Source of the DNA: Prorocentrum cordatum
Taxonomy: Eukaryota
NCBI GenBank assembly: GCA_963575745.1
Contig: CAUYUJ010000226.1
Location: 310,001 to 374,000 of the forward strand
Direction of reading: 5' to 3'
DNA: 64,000 nucleotides
Both the position numbers and the translations under genes were made by a program. Below are positions 33,390-46,159 of this stretch, in pieces (position 1 is the stretch's first letter; the number at the start of each line of letters is the position of its first letter). The notes under the pieces are model-generated. The model saw only the letters and a list, made by a program, of their open reading frames with translations, had not been told where the DNA came from and did not search any database.

Positions 33390-35169
33390 ATGGCCCAAGA
33401 GGCGTCCAAAACGCCCCAGGATGTTTGAAAGGTGGTTGAGATGGCTTCTGGACGGGTCACGAGCGTTTGAAGACAACCCAAGACTGCTCCTGAGCGGCCA
33501 CAAAGGCATTCAAGACGGACCAACAGGTCGCCGAGAACCAAGGGCACAAATCAAGCATTTCCTATGGGAAGACGCATATTTCTTGGATGTTTGCTTTTCA
33601 ATCCTACCAGCGGCCGCGACGGGCTTCGCTTTTCAGTTCTACCAGCGGCCGCGACGGCCCAAGAGGTTACCAAAATGAGCCCCAGACGGCCCCAGAGGCC
33701 CTAAATAGGGTTCTTAGATGGGCTGAAGAGAGCTTCGAGCGGCACAGAAGAGCTACAAGAGGCCCAAAGGCTCCAGAGGGCACAAACTGAGCCGCAGACG
33801 GTCCAACAAAGGCCCCAAAGGATTGCAAAGGCCCGGAAAGGCTCCAGAGACTGCCACAATGCTTCCCAGAAAAAAACTCCCGGCACGCGTTCCAGTAGGC
33901 ACCCGTTTACTGGGTGCGGTGAGAAAAGAGAGGAGGATGATAAGGAGGAGAAGGAGGAGCAGGAGGAGGAGGAGGAGGAGGAGAGGAGGAGAGGAGGAGA
34001 GGAGGAGGAGGAGGAGGAGGAGGAGGAGGAGGAGGAGGAGGAGGAGGAGGGGGAGGTGCTGGGAGAGGAGGAAGAGGGGGAGGCGGAGGAGGGAGGAGGA
34101 GGAGCAGGAGGAGGGGGAGGAAGATCAGAAGGACGAATAGGGGGAAGAGGAGGGGGAAGAGGAGGAGGGACATTGTTTTTGTGAGGTTCTCTTGTTCTCT
34201 GATTTTCTGGCTCGGGGAGACACGCTGAGGCCGAGGAGGGAAGGGGAGCGCAGGATGGAGAGAGCTCGAGAGGAGCAAGGAGGTGAAGTAGGTGAAGGAA
34301 CACAAGGCGAGACACACCGAAGAGCGGGGAAGACAGGGAGAAGGAGGAGAAGGAGGAGGAAGAGGAGGAGGAGGAGGAGGAGGAGGAGGAGGAGGTGAAG
34401 GAACAGGGACCCATTTCGTGGAAACGCCGACGAGGAAAAGGATTAATATAAGATGATGAGAAGAGGGAGAACGGGAAGAGGAGGAGGGTAATGGGACTGC
34501 AGTGGACCGGGGATGATGACGGCGATGACGCTGATGATGATGACGATGTGTATGCCGACGACGACGCCAACGACGACCAACCAGATGTTGATGATGTGGA
34601 TGATGCTGCTGAAAAGTACGATGACGATTATGGCGATGATGATCACGATGCTGATGATAATGGTGATACTGATGATTGTTGTGATGGTGAAGGTGACCAT
34701 GGTGATGGCGATGACGATGAAGATGACGGGGATGAGGATGACAATGATGACGATGGTTCTAGTGCATTATACATATATATATATACATATATATATGTAT
34801 ATATGTGTCCTGGCATCGCTCGGACGTGTGCATTTTTCTCGGCGATGACCATCGAGGACCATCCTGGACCATCGAGCAAAACGGACACGCACGACACCGC
34901 AACATGAATGGGAAGTGGACGTCCCAGCGATGGCGTGGTGTGTGTGTCTTCCGGAGGGGTTGTTCAGGGAGCTTTCGGAGGCCCGCGCGGGTTTCCAGGC
35001 GCTGCGAGCGCGCGCGGGGCCCAGCGCCGATCCGAGAGAGCTGCGCGGGCCCTCGCCGAAAGCCCATGCCCGTGCGGGCGGCTCTCCTCGGGGTGACCGC
35101 TCCTGGCCGCCGCGGCCGCACTCGCCTCGGAATCTTGGTCAGAAGGCGCCCCACGAGAGGTGCGGGGAG

Positions 35170-35407
35170 TGCGGCGGTTCGCGTCGTCGCGGCGGCGACC
35201 CCACCGGTGTCGTTCCAGGCTGAACGCCGCCAGTGGCGCAGAATCGGACGAAACTGAAGGCAGGAGGAGGAGGTGGAGGATGAGGAGGAGGAGGAGGAGG
35301 AGGAGGAGGAGGAGGAGGAGGAAGAGCCGCGACCGTTGAAGGCTGAGCGATCCACGCGGCGTCAGGAAAAACCAACGCCATCGGCGTCACGACACGAACC
35401 TGCCGTA
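35170..35407. mobile_element. Diverged MITE family A copy with an internal (GAG)n expansion
   Basis: GGTTCGCGTCGT...GCGACCCCA...AAAAACCAACGC...CACGACACGAACCTGCCGTA. Confidence 0.75.
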
Positions 35408-36091
35408 GTCACGGATCGTCGCGGCGCCCAGCGAGCCGAAGCGGGCGCTCCCGAGTTCTGCGAGGTGACAGGCACGGGGTCGCAGCATGCGCTGCAAACT
35501 CGGGAGCCCGGCAGCGTGGAGGCCGCGGCGGGGGCAGAGGCAGGAGCACTCCTCCTCCCTCCTCCTCCTCCTCCTCCTCCTCCTCCTCCTCCCTCCTCCT
35601 CCTCCTCCTCCTCCTCCTCCTCCTCCTCCTCCTCCTCCTCCTCCCTCCTCCTCCAGCTCCTGCCTTTGCTCCTGCTCCTCCTCCTCTCCTCCTCCCCTCC
35701 TCCTCCTCCCTCCTCCTCCTCCTCCTCCTCCTCCTCCTCCTCCTTCTCTTTCTCCTCCTCCTCCCCCTGCTCCTCCTCCTCCTCCTCCTCCTCCTCCTCC
35801 TCCTCCTCCTCCTCTTCCTCCTCCTCCTCCTTCTCGTCCTCCTCTCCTATTCCTCCTCCTCCTCCTCCTCCTCCTCCTCCTCTTGCTCACTGAGAGGTAG
35901 CAGCAGGAGGAGGCGGAGCAGGCGGAGGAGGAGAGGGCTGAAGCGGCACGGCCGCGGCAGAGGCGTCGGCGTTTGTGGGGCACCCCAAGAGGAGGCGAGG
36001 TCGGCGGCGGGGGACGCGGAGGCTCGCAGCAGGCTGGCACTGCCGGCCCGCCAGGAGCTCCCCGAGGAGGCCTTCGTGCCTGCGCCGGTCC

Positions 36092-36279
36092 TCGGCCACA
36101 CGCAGAGGGGGATAAGGGGGGAGGGGGGAGGGCTGATCTGCTTAAAAGCACCCATGCTTGATAGAAGGCGTGGGTCTTCTGTGTAGATGTAGGGCCGGCG
36201 CCTTCTAAGGGGCAGCCAGCCTCCTAAGAAACGCCTTCTAAGAAGCATCCCCCCTCCCTCCGCCCCCTTGTGCGAGCCG
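36092..36279. mobile_element. Fold-back MITE family B; other copies at 39001-39172, 39326-39475, 41359-41585, 43243-43413
   Basis: Shared start TCGGCCAC(A/G)CGC(A/G)GA, G-rich and C-rich arms, and a central hairpin (e.g. AGAAGGCGCGGGCC...GGCCCGCGCCTTCT in the 39001 copy). Confidence 0.75.
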
Positions 36280-36955
36280 CCAGGTCCACCGCCGCACCGC
36301 GGTGGTGTCGATCTCGTACTGCTGGTTTACTCGAAGGAGGAAGAGCGGCACGAAGGGACACTTCGGGTAGGGGGATCGTCTGCAGAATTGCTGTCTCCCC
36401 GAGCCCGATTCGCTCGTCGAGCCCACGAGAGAAGTGTGCAGAATGGTCCGCGGATCTGCGGAGCATGGCAGGTATATGCCTCGTAGATCCGACGGGGAGT
36501 CCATTTTGGGGTACGTCGACTCTGCAGTCGATCCCCTGCCCCCCCTACTCGAGCACTCTGGGGGGGGGGGGCCCGCGCGCATGTCTCGGGAACCGGCGCC
36601 CGAGCCCCCCGGCGGAGCCTCCGGGCGGCGCCGCCCCAGGCGCGCGAGGCGCGCTCTCCGGAGAGCGGCGCGCCTCGCGCGCCGAGCGGAGCGGCCCGCG
36701 ATCCAGGGCGACGAGGCCGAGGAGGAGGAGGAGGAGGAGGAGGAGGAGGAGGAGGAGGAGGGAGGAGGAAGGGGAGGAGGAGGAGGAGGAGGAGGAGGAG
36801 GAGGAGGACGAGGAGGAGGAGGAGGTGGGGGGGGGGGTCCACAACTGGTCGTCTGAGAGGGCTGTGGCCTCCGCCCCATCATCTCGAGCTTTGGAATACC
36901 CTCGGGCCGAACGCAAGGGGGGGAGAGGGAAAGGGGGGGTCACGAAGTCTGTCCA

Positions 36956-37211
36956 GGGCCAGAGTGGCCCTGGAAACGACAGGCCCGTTTTTTTGCCGGT
37001 TCCGCTTTGCCGTCTTTTGGGCCGGTTCCGACGCCGTTGTTTCACCGGTTCCGTTTTGCCGTTTTTTGACCGGTTCCGGCTCGGGTTCCAATCTTGGAGC
37101 CGTTTTTTTGCCGTTTCCGGTCGCCGTTTTTTTTGCCGTTTCCATTTTCAAGGGACATTTTTTGAAAACGGTGAAAAAACGGCATTGCCGTTTCCAGGGC
37201 CCACTAAGCCC
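36956..37211. mobile_element. MITE-like element with ~35-bp TIRs and a CCGTTT-rich interior
   Basis: AGTGGCCCTGGAAACG...CGTTTCCAGGGCCCACT. Confidence 0.65.
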
Positions 37212-38889
37212 AGTGCAAGTGGTCCTCTTCTTATCCATGGCATTGTTTTGCTGATCGGCTCGGGCCCTCGAGCCCCCTCCCCCCCATTCCCACGGAGTAG
37301 GTTTTGGCCGTTTCCAGCGCCTGTTTCACCCAGGTGGGGCCTCCCCCCATAGGACGCACTGTTGCAAACAGTCGCACAACGACGACGACGACGACGGCGC
37401 CCACACCCACGCCCTCTGACCAGAACGTCGAGGGAAATCCAGCCGCGGCAACGTGGGCGCCCACGCACGCGCAGGAATGCCAGGACGAAATTCCAAACAC
37501 TGAAAACCACCATCTTCGATCGACGACGAAGACGACAGCACCCAACCCTCCGCACTCTAACCAGAATTTCGAAGATAATCCAACCGTTGCCACGAGGGTG
37601 CCCCAGGAGGCGCAGGAAGGCAAACCCAATTTCTCAAAACCTGAATTCTGGAGCGGCAACGGCAAGCAGGACAACGAAGACCAACTGACAACAACGACGG
37701 CAGCAGTGGCGACGACGAGAAAGACCGCGCCGAAACCTTGCTCTGATCAGAAAACCGATGATCATCCAACCGCGGCAACGAGCGTGCCCCATGGCCTGGG
37801 AAGACCAGGCCGAATGTTCAAAACACCTAACAAACCTGCACCCTGAAAGGTGACCCCGACGAACAGGTCGGCAACGACGACGATGACGACGGCGGCGGCG
37901 ACGAGGGCCACGGCGCTCAGACCCTCGCGCCCTGACAAGAATCCCAAGGAGAATCCAACCGTTCCCGCGAGGCGGCCCGGGACGCCCAGGAGGGCAAGGA
38001 TAAAGACGTTAAACGTGGAACCTGTATCTTCGAACTTCGGGCGACGACCGCGACGACGGACGAGAGAGAAGAGGAGAGGGGGGAAGGAGGAGGAGAGTTG
38101 CTTATTGTGATGGTGTTTGAAGTGTGGGGGGCCACGTGTCCCAACGTGTGCGCCCCCGCCCCCAGCCAACACAGAAACATCGCAACCATTGAACAATGAT
38201 TTTAAATTACAGAAAAGTTATGATAAGTTTATTAAGTTAGCAAATAGTTATCTTCGCGGCTGGGGCGGCGCAACTGGATGGCAAATGGTCCGGCCGATAT
38301 TATCATGAGTAGGGCTCAGTTGTGATGCGCATGTCAACTGCGCAAATGCTGTTACATCCTAGTTATGGATTGGCCTAAGTGAGCTATCTCAACCGACTTG
38401 CAGCGTAGATTTAGTAAATTATATCTAGCCTAAGGGGGGGTGGCCACAAAACAGTACAGCGCTTCGTGGCCCCATAGGGGGCTCCACCGAAGGTCCCAGT
38501 GGCACCGCCCGCATGCGTCCGCCACCACCCAGCAGAGCCCTTGCTCCCTGCGTTTCGTCCACCCAGTACAGCTTTTCGTGGCCCCATAAAGGGGGCTTCA
38601 CCTACCCAGTGGCACCGCCCGCATGCGTCCACCACCAACCAGCACATCCCTTGCTCCCTGCGTTTCACCCACCCAGTACAGCGCTTCTTGGCCCCATAGG
38701 GGGCTCCACCGAAGGTCCCAGTGGCACTGACCGCATGCGTCCGCCACCACCCAGCACAGCCCTTGCTCCCTGCGTTTCGCCCACCCAGTACAGCGTTTCG
38801 TGGCCCCATCGGGAGTGCCACCGAAGAAGATATTCACAATTGCGGTACCCACAACTGCATATGCTTGGGTCTTTCGCTGGCCGATCGTG

Positions 38890-40279
38890 GGCCCAGGAGC
38901 GTTGCAGCACTGTGCCTCCCTGGCCAAGCCAGGAGGGCGTGTTCACCGCTCCTCCTGGGCACGTGACAGGCAGGGCCTGGGGCAGGGGATGTGTACAGAT
39001 TCGGCCACGCGCGGAGGGGGGCAGGAGAGGGGGGAGGCTCTTTAGAAGGAGGCTGCTTCTCAGAAGGCGCGGGCCTTACCTGTAGATGTACGGCCCGCGC
39101 CTTCTAAGGAGCGGCCTCCTTGCACGACGCCTGCCCCCCATCCCCCATCTGTGCCCCTCCTGCGCGCAGCCAGTGCATGCTGTTTTTCCGTCCTTCTGCG
39201 TACGCCTGGGCACCCAGACCCGGACGGCAGTACGCTCCTGGCTATCGCGGACGCCTTGCTGCAGCAGAAGGCTGCACTGGGGACGCTACATTCCGGTGCT
39301 GCCAAGAGTGCCCCTCGCCCAAGGGTCGGCCACGCGCAGAATGGGGGGCAGGGGGAGCGGGGAGGGCTTCCTGGGAACGCCCCTGCTTCTAACACAAGGC
39401 GCGGGGCTTGTGTATAGATGTAAGGTTCGCCCCATGGAAGAAGCAGCCTCTTTGTAAGAGGCCTTCCCCCCGACCACATACCTCGGGGGTGGACAGAACC
39501 CCCAACAGTGACACGTCGATTAGTGAACTGTCCGTTTTCGGTTCTCGAGAGGGCGCCGCGGCCGTGATTTTCCAGGCTTGCGCCCGCCAGGTTTGGGCCT
39601 CAGGTCGCTTTCACTAAACCACGTTTTACTAAAGGGGGGTCTGTCCATCCCCGAAGGGGGGGGGGGGGTGGGGTAGCTTCCGAGGGGCGGGAGAAGAAGG
39701 GGGGGGGGGCTTCCAGCAGGGGAGGTCCAAGGGGGAGGGGGGTAGCTTCAAGGGGGCCCAAACCCCTTCCCCCTTGGACAGGGAGTGGGGGTCTGTCCAT
39801 CCCCGAATACCCCCTTTGCGCGTGGCCAAGTTGCTGGTGACTCGCTAGACTCGTGCGTTGCCCGACGTGCCCCCGGACCGAGGTGCCGCCAGGATTTCCA
39901 GAGAGGACCCCATGGCCTCCAGCAGGCCCCGCACGAGGCCCCCGAGGGCCCCAGGGGCTCCCAAATGCAGCGACAAGCTGGGGGCACCCTGGGCCAGGGG
40001 CACCCCGATGGATGGGCTGAGAGGGGGCATGTCGACCGACGTTTCGAGTTTTCCAGGTCCGAGTTTCGACGTTTTCTGTTGGTTTCGTCGGTTCGCGACG
40101 GTCTTCCAGCCTCGGGATGCGTTCCAGCAGCTGCGCCTCACCGAGAGCGTTCCAGGGGTTGCCAGATCGTCCCCAGCGGCCGTTGGAAACCCGAGTTCTG
40201 ACCCAAAAGCCAGACGACGAGAATCACTGGCGGGATAGGATCACGGAGAAACGCATCATCGAATCGACCCATCTGCGGG

Positions 40280-40311
<32 letters not shown>

Positions 40312-42560
40312 CCGAGTCAAGGTCGATGCTTCCCTCCGTGAGCTGGTCCCTCCTATCCTTCCGCCTCGAGGCCAAGAGGGACGCGGGGAGCGACCCGAGG
40401 TTCAGGTACTGGCCGGACGACTACGGCGTGTTCCTGGACTGGTGCAGCGTCCACCAGAGGGACGCTCGCGGCGCCCGGACCAGGATCGGGCAGACGCAAG
40501 TCAGGAGGGAAAGAAACACACAGACACAATTAATCTTCGATTTCCCAGAACATATAGGAAAATATGGGAAGTGGGGGGGAAGACAAAAACCCAGAAAATA
40601 GGGGAAAATATGGGGAATAGTTTTATTTGTGTGTATTTATTTGTGTGTCTCAGGGCCCCTTCAGCAAGAGTCGAGCTTGCCCGAACTCTGGTGTGCCGAC
40701 GCTTCTTGACGGGCGCGTCTCTGAACGTTGACTGTACAGTTTCCGTCGGATGTTTGCAGCGGGAATCCGCATGAGATTTCAGGCCCGGTCTCGTTTTTTT
40801 CGGAACGGCCCTGTGAGGCCAGCCCGAGCCCCCCGTTCCCGAGTCTTGCAGTGGAGGCCCGTGCCAAGACACCCTGCTTGCCTCCAAGGTGCCCTGGGGC
40901 TCGTGGATTTCGATGGCTCTGCTTTGGGAAGTGTGACGCTCCCACACCAAAAACGAATGGACGTCCTGGGGTCGCAGGGTTGTTTTTTTGTTGTGTGGAA
41001 GGTCTCTTGTGGTCGGGCCCCTATTGTACGTCCCCCCGACAGGGAGGAGGAGGTGGCGTTTCGCGACGCCCTCGGGAACCTTGACCTCTTCTACGCCCAC
41101 GCGTGGCCCACCACGCTGATGCTGACGAGCCTTCCGGCCGCGCGGCCGTACTGCGAGCGGGGCTGGCCCACCTTCGAGTACGCGGCCTCCTGCCTCGTGA
41201 AAAGCGCCCACGGCTCCGTGTGGCCCCCCGCGATCGACGCCGGGGACCCGGAGGGGAGGAGCCCACTGGACCGCGCGCCGGTCGACCCCGCCCGCTTCGC
41301 CGAGTCGATGCGGCAGAGGACGTTCACGAACGGCGCGGCGGAGCTGGAGGTCGCCATCCTCGGCTGCGCCCGAAGGGGGGAGGGCGGGAGGGCTGGGCCA
41401 TCCCAGGAGGCTCAGAGGGTTTTTCTGGCCTTCTGGGGATGTCTTCTGAGCCTTCCCGGAAGACACGAGCGGCGTCCCAGAAGGCCCGGGGATGTATGAG
41501 AAGGCTGGAGGGCTTCTGAGAGACCCAGACGCCTTTTAAGAAGGCCGCCCCCTCTGCATTCGCCCCCTGGAAGCGCGCCGCCGAGTCATCCAACTGTACG
41601 AGACCGCCATCGCGCTCGCCTTCCGCGGCGTCGCAGGGCTCGACTTCAGCGGCCGCGGGTGGTCGCAGGAGTGGGGACGCAAGAAGACACCGATGCCGCT
41701 GCTACACGGACCTCTGCTGATGAGCGTTGTGTCCAGAACGTCCAGGAGCATCCAGCCGTGGCGAGCAGCGTTATCAGTTCCTCTGATCGGCGCGCCCGCA
41801 ATGGGGACGGAAGCCATGGGTACGATGCCCAGTTGCTGTCTTTCGGAACCATCTCCACGCCGACGTCGTGCTGATGCATGGTGCATCGCCGATGCACCGC
41901 CGATGCGTCGGCGACGCATTGGCGATGCGGCGGGATCCTCCGAGCCCACCCACTCGGACCTCACCCGGGAGGCCTCTAGTTGTTCGGGTATGGCCAGGAC
42001 CCCAGGTAAGGGGACCTGTTTCGTGGTAGGGCCCCGGAGCCCTTAAATGGGCCAGAATCACTCAACCAGGTCTGCCGTAGCTGGCGTTTTTCGGGTGACG
42101 GCAGCCCGGGTGCGTGGAACGGGGCCCGGGGGGCGCCCCCCAGTCCACGTCGCTGAATCAGGCCCCACTGCACCCAGCACCGCCCACGCCCGAGCTATGG
42201 GATGATCTGCAGGACGAGGTGGAGGGCTTCGTGCCCCTGCTGCAGCTCGCCCGCCGCGCCCGCTGGCTCCGGATGTCACCACCCACCAAACCACCCCAAC
42301 CCAACCCGAAGGCTCAGATTTACCCTCGATTTCCAGTGGGGGGGCGTCGGGAAACATCGAAAAAACACATATGGAACCCTTACCCCCCCAACCCGAAATT
42401 CGGGTCTTCGGGTTGGGTTGGGGTGGTCTGGTAGGTAGTCAGGATGAACGCCGTGCCCGGGCTCCGCGGCCGCGGCGCGGGCGCCCTGCTCCGCGCGCTG
42501 GAGGCGGGCGCGCTGCCGCAGCTGTGGGGGCTCTCCCTCGGCGGGGGCTCCCTGGACAAG
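38890..42560 (+). pseudogene. Multi-exon HET-like domain plus LRR gene, probably damaged
   Basis: Exon peptides: SFC/RTPGHPDPDG (frameshift ~39198), VFLDWCSVHQRD..ART|REEEVAFRDALGNLDLFYAH..RPYCERGWPTFE..TFTNG, LYETAI..LDFSGRGWSQ|DEVEGFVPLL, LPQLWGLSL. Inferred introns: 40484-41042 (GA..AG|G), 41669-42212 (GA..AG|G), 42272-42442 (GA..AG|G). Confidence 0.7.
42276..42441. mobile_element. MITE family C copy forming a spliceable intron (introner-like)
   Basis: TSD GGATG at 42271-42275 and 42442-42446; same TIRs as 15243-15418. Confidence 0.85.
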
Positions 42561-43071
42561 GACCGGGAGGAGGAGGGGGAGGAGGAGGAGGAGGAGGAGG
42601 AGGAGGAGGAGGAGGGAGGAGGCGGAGGAGGAGGCGGCGGAGGGGGAGGAGAGGGAGGAGGAGGAGGAGGAGGAGGAGGAGGAGGAGGAGGAGGCGGAGG
42701 AGGAGGAGAGGAGGAGGAGGAGGAGGAGGAGGGGAGGAGGAGGAGAGGAGGAGGAGGAGGAGGAGGAGGAGGAGGAGGCGGAGGAGGAGGAGGAGGAGGA
42801 GGAGGAGGAGGAGGAGGGAGGAGACGAGAGGCAGGATGTTTGTTCTGCCAGAACCCGCTGGCAGCACTCGCACCTGCAAGTAGGGATTGAGAGCTGGGAT
42901 CAAAAGAAGATCTGGTGATGCGCCGCCCCACACAAAACAAGAGGGGCCCAAAGCGTGGGCGGCGCTATGCCGCACTGCCGCCCTCACCGACAGGGTCACT
43001 GCCGCGAGAGCTGATGCCACACCTGCGAGCTGAGTCTCACTAGAGAAGTGTACCGTGCTTTGACCGGAGAC

Positions 43072-43218
43072 TTGGGTTAGAGGATCGACTACAGAATTGA
43101 CTTACCCCGCAATTCTGATTCACCCCGATATAAACTTTCCGTCAGATCTACGTATGTTTCGTAGACTCGGCGAACAAATCTGGAGTAAGTCAATTCTGTA
43201 GACGATCCCCGACTCGAA
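43072..43218. mobile_element. Short TIR element
   Basis: GATCGACTACAGAATTGACTTAC...GTAAGTCAATTCTGTAGACGATC (23 bp, 1 mismatch). Confidence 0.7.
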
Positions 43219-43862
43219 GGCTGGTCTTCAAAACGTGCAGCCTCGGCCACGCGCAGAGGGGGGTAGGGGGAGGGGGGAAGGCTTCTTGGACACGCCCCCG
43301 CTTCTCAGTCGGCGCTGGTCTCCTCTACAGACGCAGGGCCGGGGTCTTCTGAGAAGCAGGGTGCTTCGACGAAGCCTTCCCCCCTCCCCCACACCCCCCT
43401 CTTGCGCGCCGCCACCAGCCTCACGCTCCGGAAGGGCTGCTCCGCTTGGGCGTCGGGGCACAGCGGCCGCGCGCCGAGCAGGCAAGCAGCAGCCCCCCCC
43501 CCCCCGGACCACACCGAGGGGGACCCGTGCGGGACCGGCCCGGGGAAAGCCCAAGCCCAGGGCGGGGGCCCCGGCAGGAGAGCGGCCATCCCGAGCCCCA
43601 CATTTTTTTTTTTAAAAAAAAAACAAAAAAAAAAAAAACAACAAAAAAAAACGATTTCGTAGAGGGGCGGCAGGCGCCGATGGGCGTCCGGCAAGGCCAC
43701 GTCCGCCCCCTCCGACGCCACGGCGCACCTGCCAGGCGAGGGGGTGGGCTCTGCAAGCTGAAGTACGCATGCTTCGTCAGGCAGCCCCTCGACCGTGTCA
43801 CGATGCTCCACTGGGAGCTTCACACAGGGCCGACGCCCGAGACCCGCGCCTCGCGGGCTATG

Positions 43863-43893
<31 letters not shown>

Positions 43894-44138
43894 AGCCGGC
43901 CGCTCTGCGGTTGATCGGGAGTTTCTGTATATAGAAGAAGGTGCGTGCGCTTGTTGGCGAGGGTGAGGATGAGGTTCCTCCTCCTCCTACTCCTCCTCCT
44001 CCTCCTCCTCCTCCTCCTCCTCCTCCTCCATCCTTCTCTTGCCTCCGTCTGTCCTCCTCCACCCCGCAGCTCCATCATCTTCTCCTCCTCCTCCTCCTCC
44101 TCCTCCTCCTCCTCCTCCTCCTCCTCCTCCTCCTCATT

Positions 44139-45013
44139 CCTCCTCTGGGCACCTCCCCCGGGGCGCGGATCCACCGGATCTGTCCGGATCTGTCCGGAAA
44201 CGGTGCCGGAGGCCGCTCTGGGCTCCTCTGGGCACCTCCCCCGGGGCCGGTTTTGTGAGGATGTCTCAAGCGAGGGCGCCGGTTTGGGATTCGTCCCCGG
44301 ATCCAGCGGATCCGTCCGGATCCGTCCGGAAACGGTGCCGGAGGCCGCTCTGGGCTCCTGTGGGCACCTCCCCCGGGGCCGGTTTTGCGGGGATGTCTCA
44401 GGCGAGGGCGCCGGTTTGGGATTCGCCCCCGGATCCAGCGGATCCGTCCGGATCCGTCCGGAAACGGTGCCGGAAGCCGCTCTGGGCTTCTCTGGCCACC
44501 TCCCCCGGGGCCGGATTTGCGGGGATGTCTCAGGCGAGGGCGCCGGTTTGGGATTCGTCCCCGGATCCAGCGGATCCGTCCGGATCCGTCCGGAAACGGT
44601 GCCGGAGGCCGCTCTGGGCTCCTCTGGGCACCTCCCCCGGGGCCGGTTTTCCGGGGATGTCTGAGGCGAGGGCGCCGGTTTGGGATTCGTCCCCGGATCC
44701 AGCGGATCCGTCCGGATCCGTCCGGAAACGGTGCCGGAGGCCGCTCTGGGCTCCTCTGGGCACCTCCCCCGGGGCCGGTTTTGCGGGGATGTCTCAGGCG
44801 AGGGCGCCGGTTTGGGATTCGTCCCCGGATCCAGCGGATCCGTCCGGATCCGTCCGGAAACGGTGCCGGAGGCCGCTCTGGGCTCCTCTGGGCACCTCCC
44901 CCGGGGCCGGTTTTGCGGGGATGTCTCAGGCGAGGGCGCCGGTTTGGGATTCGTCCCCGGATCCAGCGGATCCGTCCGGATCCGTCCGGAAACGGTGCCG
45001 GAGGCCGCTCTGG
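44139..45013. repeat. 132-bp tandem repeat, ~6.5 highly similar copies
   Basis: GGATCCGTCCGGATCCGTCCGGAAACGG recurs at 44308, 44440, 44572 and onward with period 132. Confidence 0.95.
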
Positions 45014-45071
45014 ACTCGTGCTCTTCGCGCCGGGGGTGAGGATGACGTGAGTTCCACAGAAACTCCCTCAA

Positions 45072-45102
<31 letters not shown>

Positions 45103-46159
45103 TTCTTCTTCTTCTTGTCGGACTCTGCCCAAGGCGTTGGCTGGATCGGCGCTCCTCGTGGGATGCCCGTGCCCACGGGGAGGAATCGGAGGGGCCGACT
45201 CTGCCTGGCTCAACCTGGAGTGCGTCTCCTCGGTAGAAGTCTCGGAACCAGGCAAATTGAGAAATCCCCAAAGGTGGTTCGGAGGTCGTCCTCGTAGTCG
45301 TTTCGAAATGGTGGTGTCGGGTCGATTGCGATTCGTTGTTTTCGCGCGCGAGGGCCCGAAGGTCGTTTTCGTTTTGGTGTTTTTCGCGCTGTATGTGGCG
45401 AGTTCAATATCGACCTCGCTTTTTTCTGATATTTCGGATCCAGCTCAAAGCAGCACTCATGTAAGTAGTTGAAATGTCTGTTGATGCAGAGTGTGCTAGA
45501 CGCATCCTCGCCCCATCTCCTCCAGCTTCTCGTTCAGACATTCCTCGGCCTACTTTGCCTTTTCGTGGGACCCTACAGCCCTCCATCCTCCTCCCTCCCC
45601 CCAGTGCCTTCGGGCCTCCTTGGTCCTCCTCGTAGTTGTCAGAGTTCAATAGATACAAGCCACCCCCGACAGACACGGTGACACGACGTTGGTGACGCTG
45701 GCGGTGGAGACGGCGACGGCGACGAGCCCCCCTCTAGAGACACATGAGGGCAATGCCAACAAGGACCTGTTTAGCCCTCCAAACCTTGGGAGCACCCTGA
45801 ACTGTCCGACAGCACTGAAATAAGGTAGGGAGATTCAGGTTGTTGGTTTTTGGGGCTTGCAAGTTCCCACCGAACCCCAAACGCGTCGGGCCAACGTAAT
45901 CTCGGGGTAGGTGCATCAAACACACGTGGGGGCCCGATGTAACATACAGCAAAGGAAACGCAGCCAAACGCCAGACGATGGGGGGCGAGTGGGGAGGAGG
46001 GTACGGGCGAGGAGGAACTTCACGACAGGAGGGGGCGTAAAAAGGGGGAGCTGCCACAACCATGTTGGCTCAAACTGTTTCGACCTTCGGCCCCATTTTG
46101 GGGCGACAGGCTGCTCCGAACAATGAAGCGAGCGCACCGCAGGCCACCTGGCAGTGGCC

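Larger units (their letters stand above)
33930..36840. repeat. Cluster of (GAG)n, (CCT)n, (GAT/GAC)n and (TA)n simple repeats
   Basis: Visible tracts at ~33930-34400, 34510-34755, 34770-34805, 35262-35322, 35550-35885 and 36720-36830; similar tracts at 42565-42820 and 43975-44135. Confidence 0.95.

Noticed and set aside
33701..36882. Poly-E, poly-S, poly-P, poly-D and poly-G ORFs
   Set aside because: Trinucleotide microsatellite translations.
43305..45472. 623-aa and 477-aa ORFs
   Set aside because: They arise from a stop-poor 132-bp tandem repeat and microsatellites that are open in several frames on both strands.
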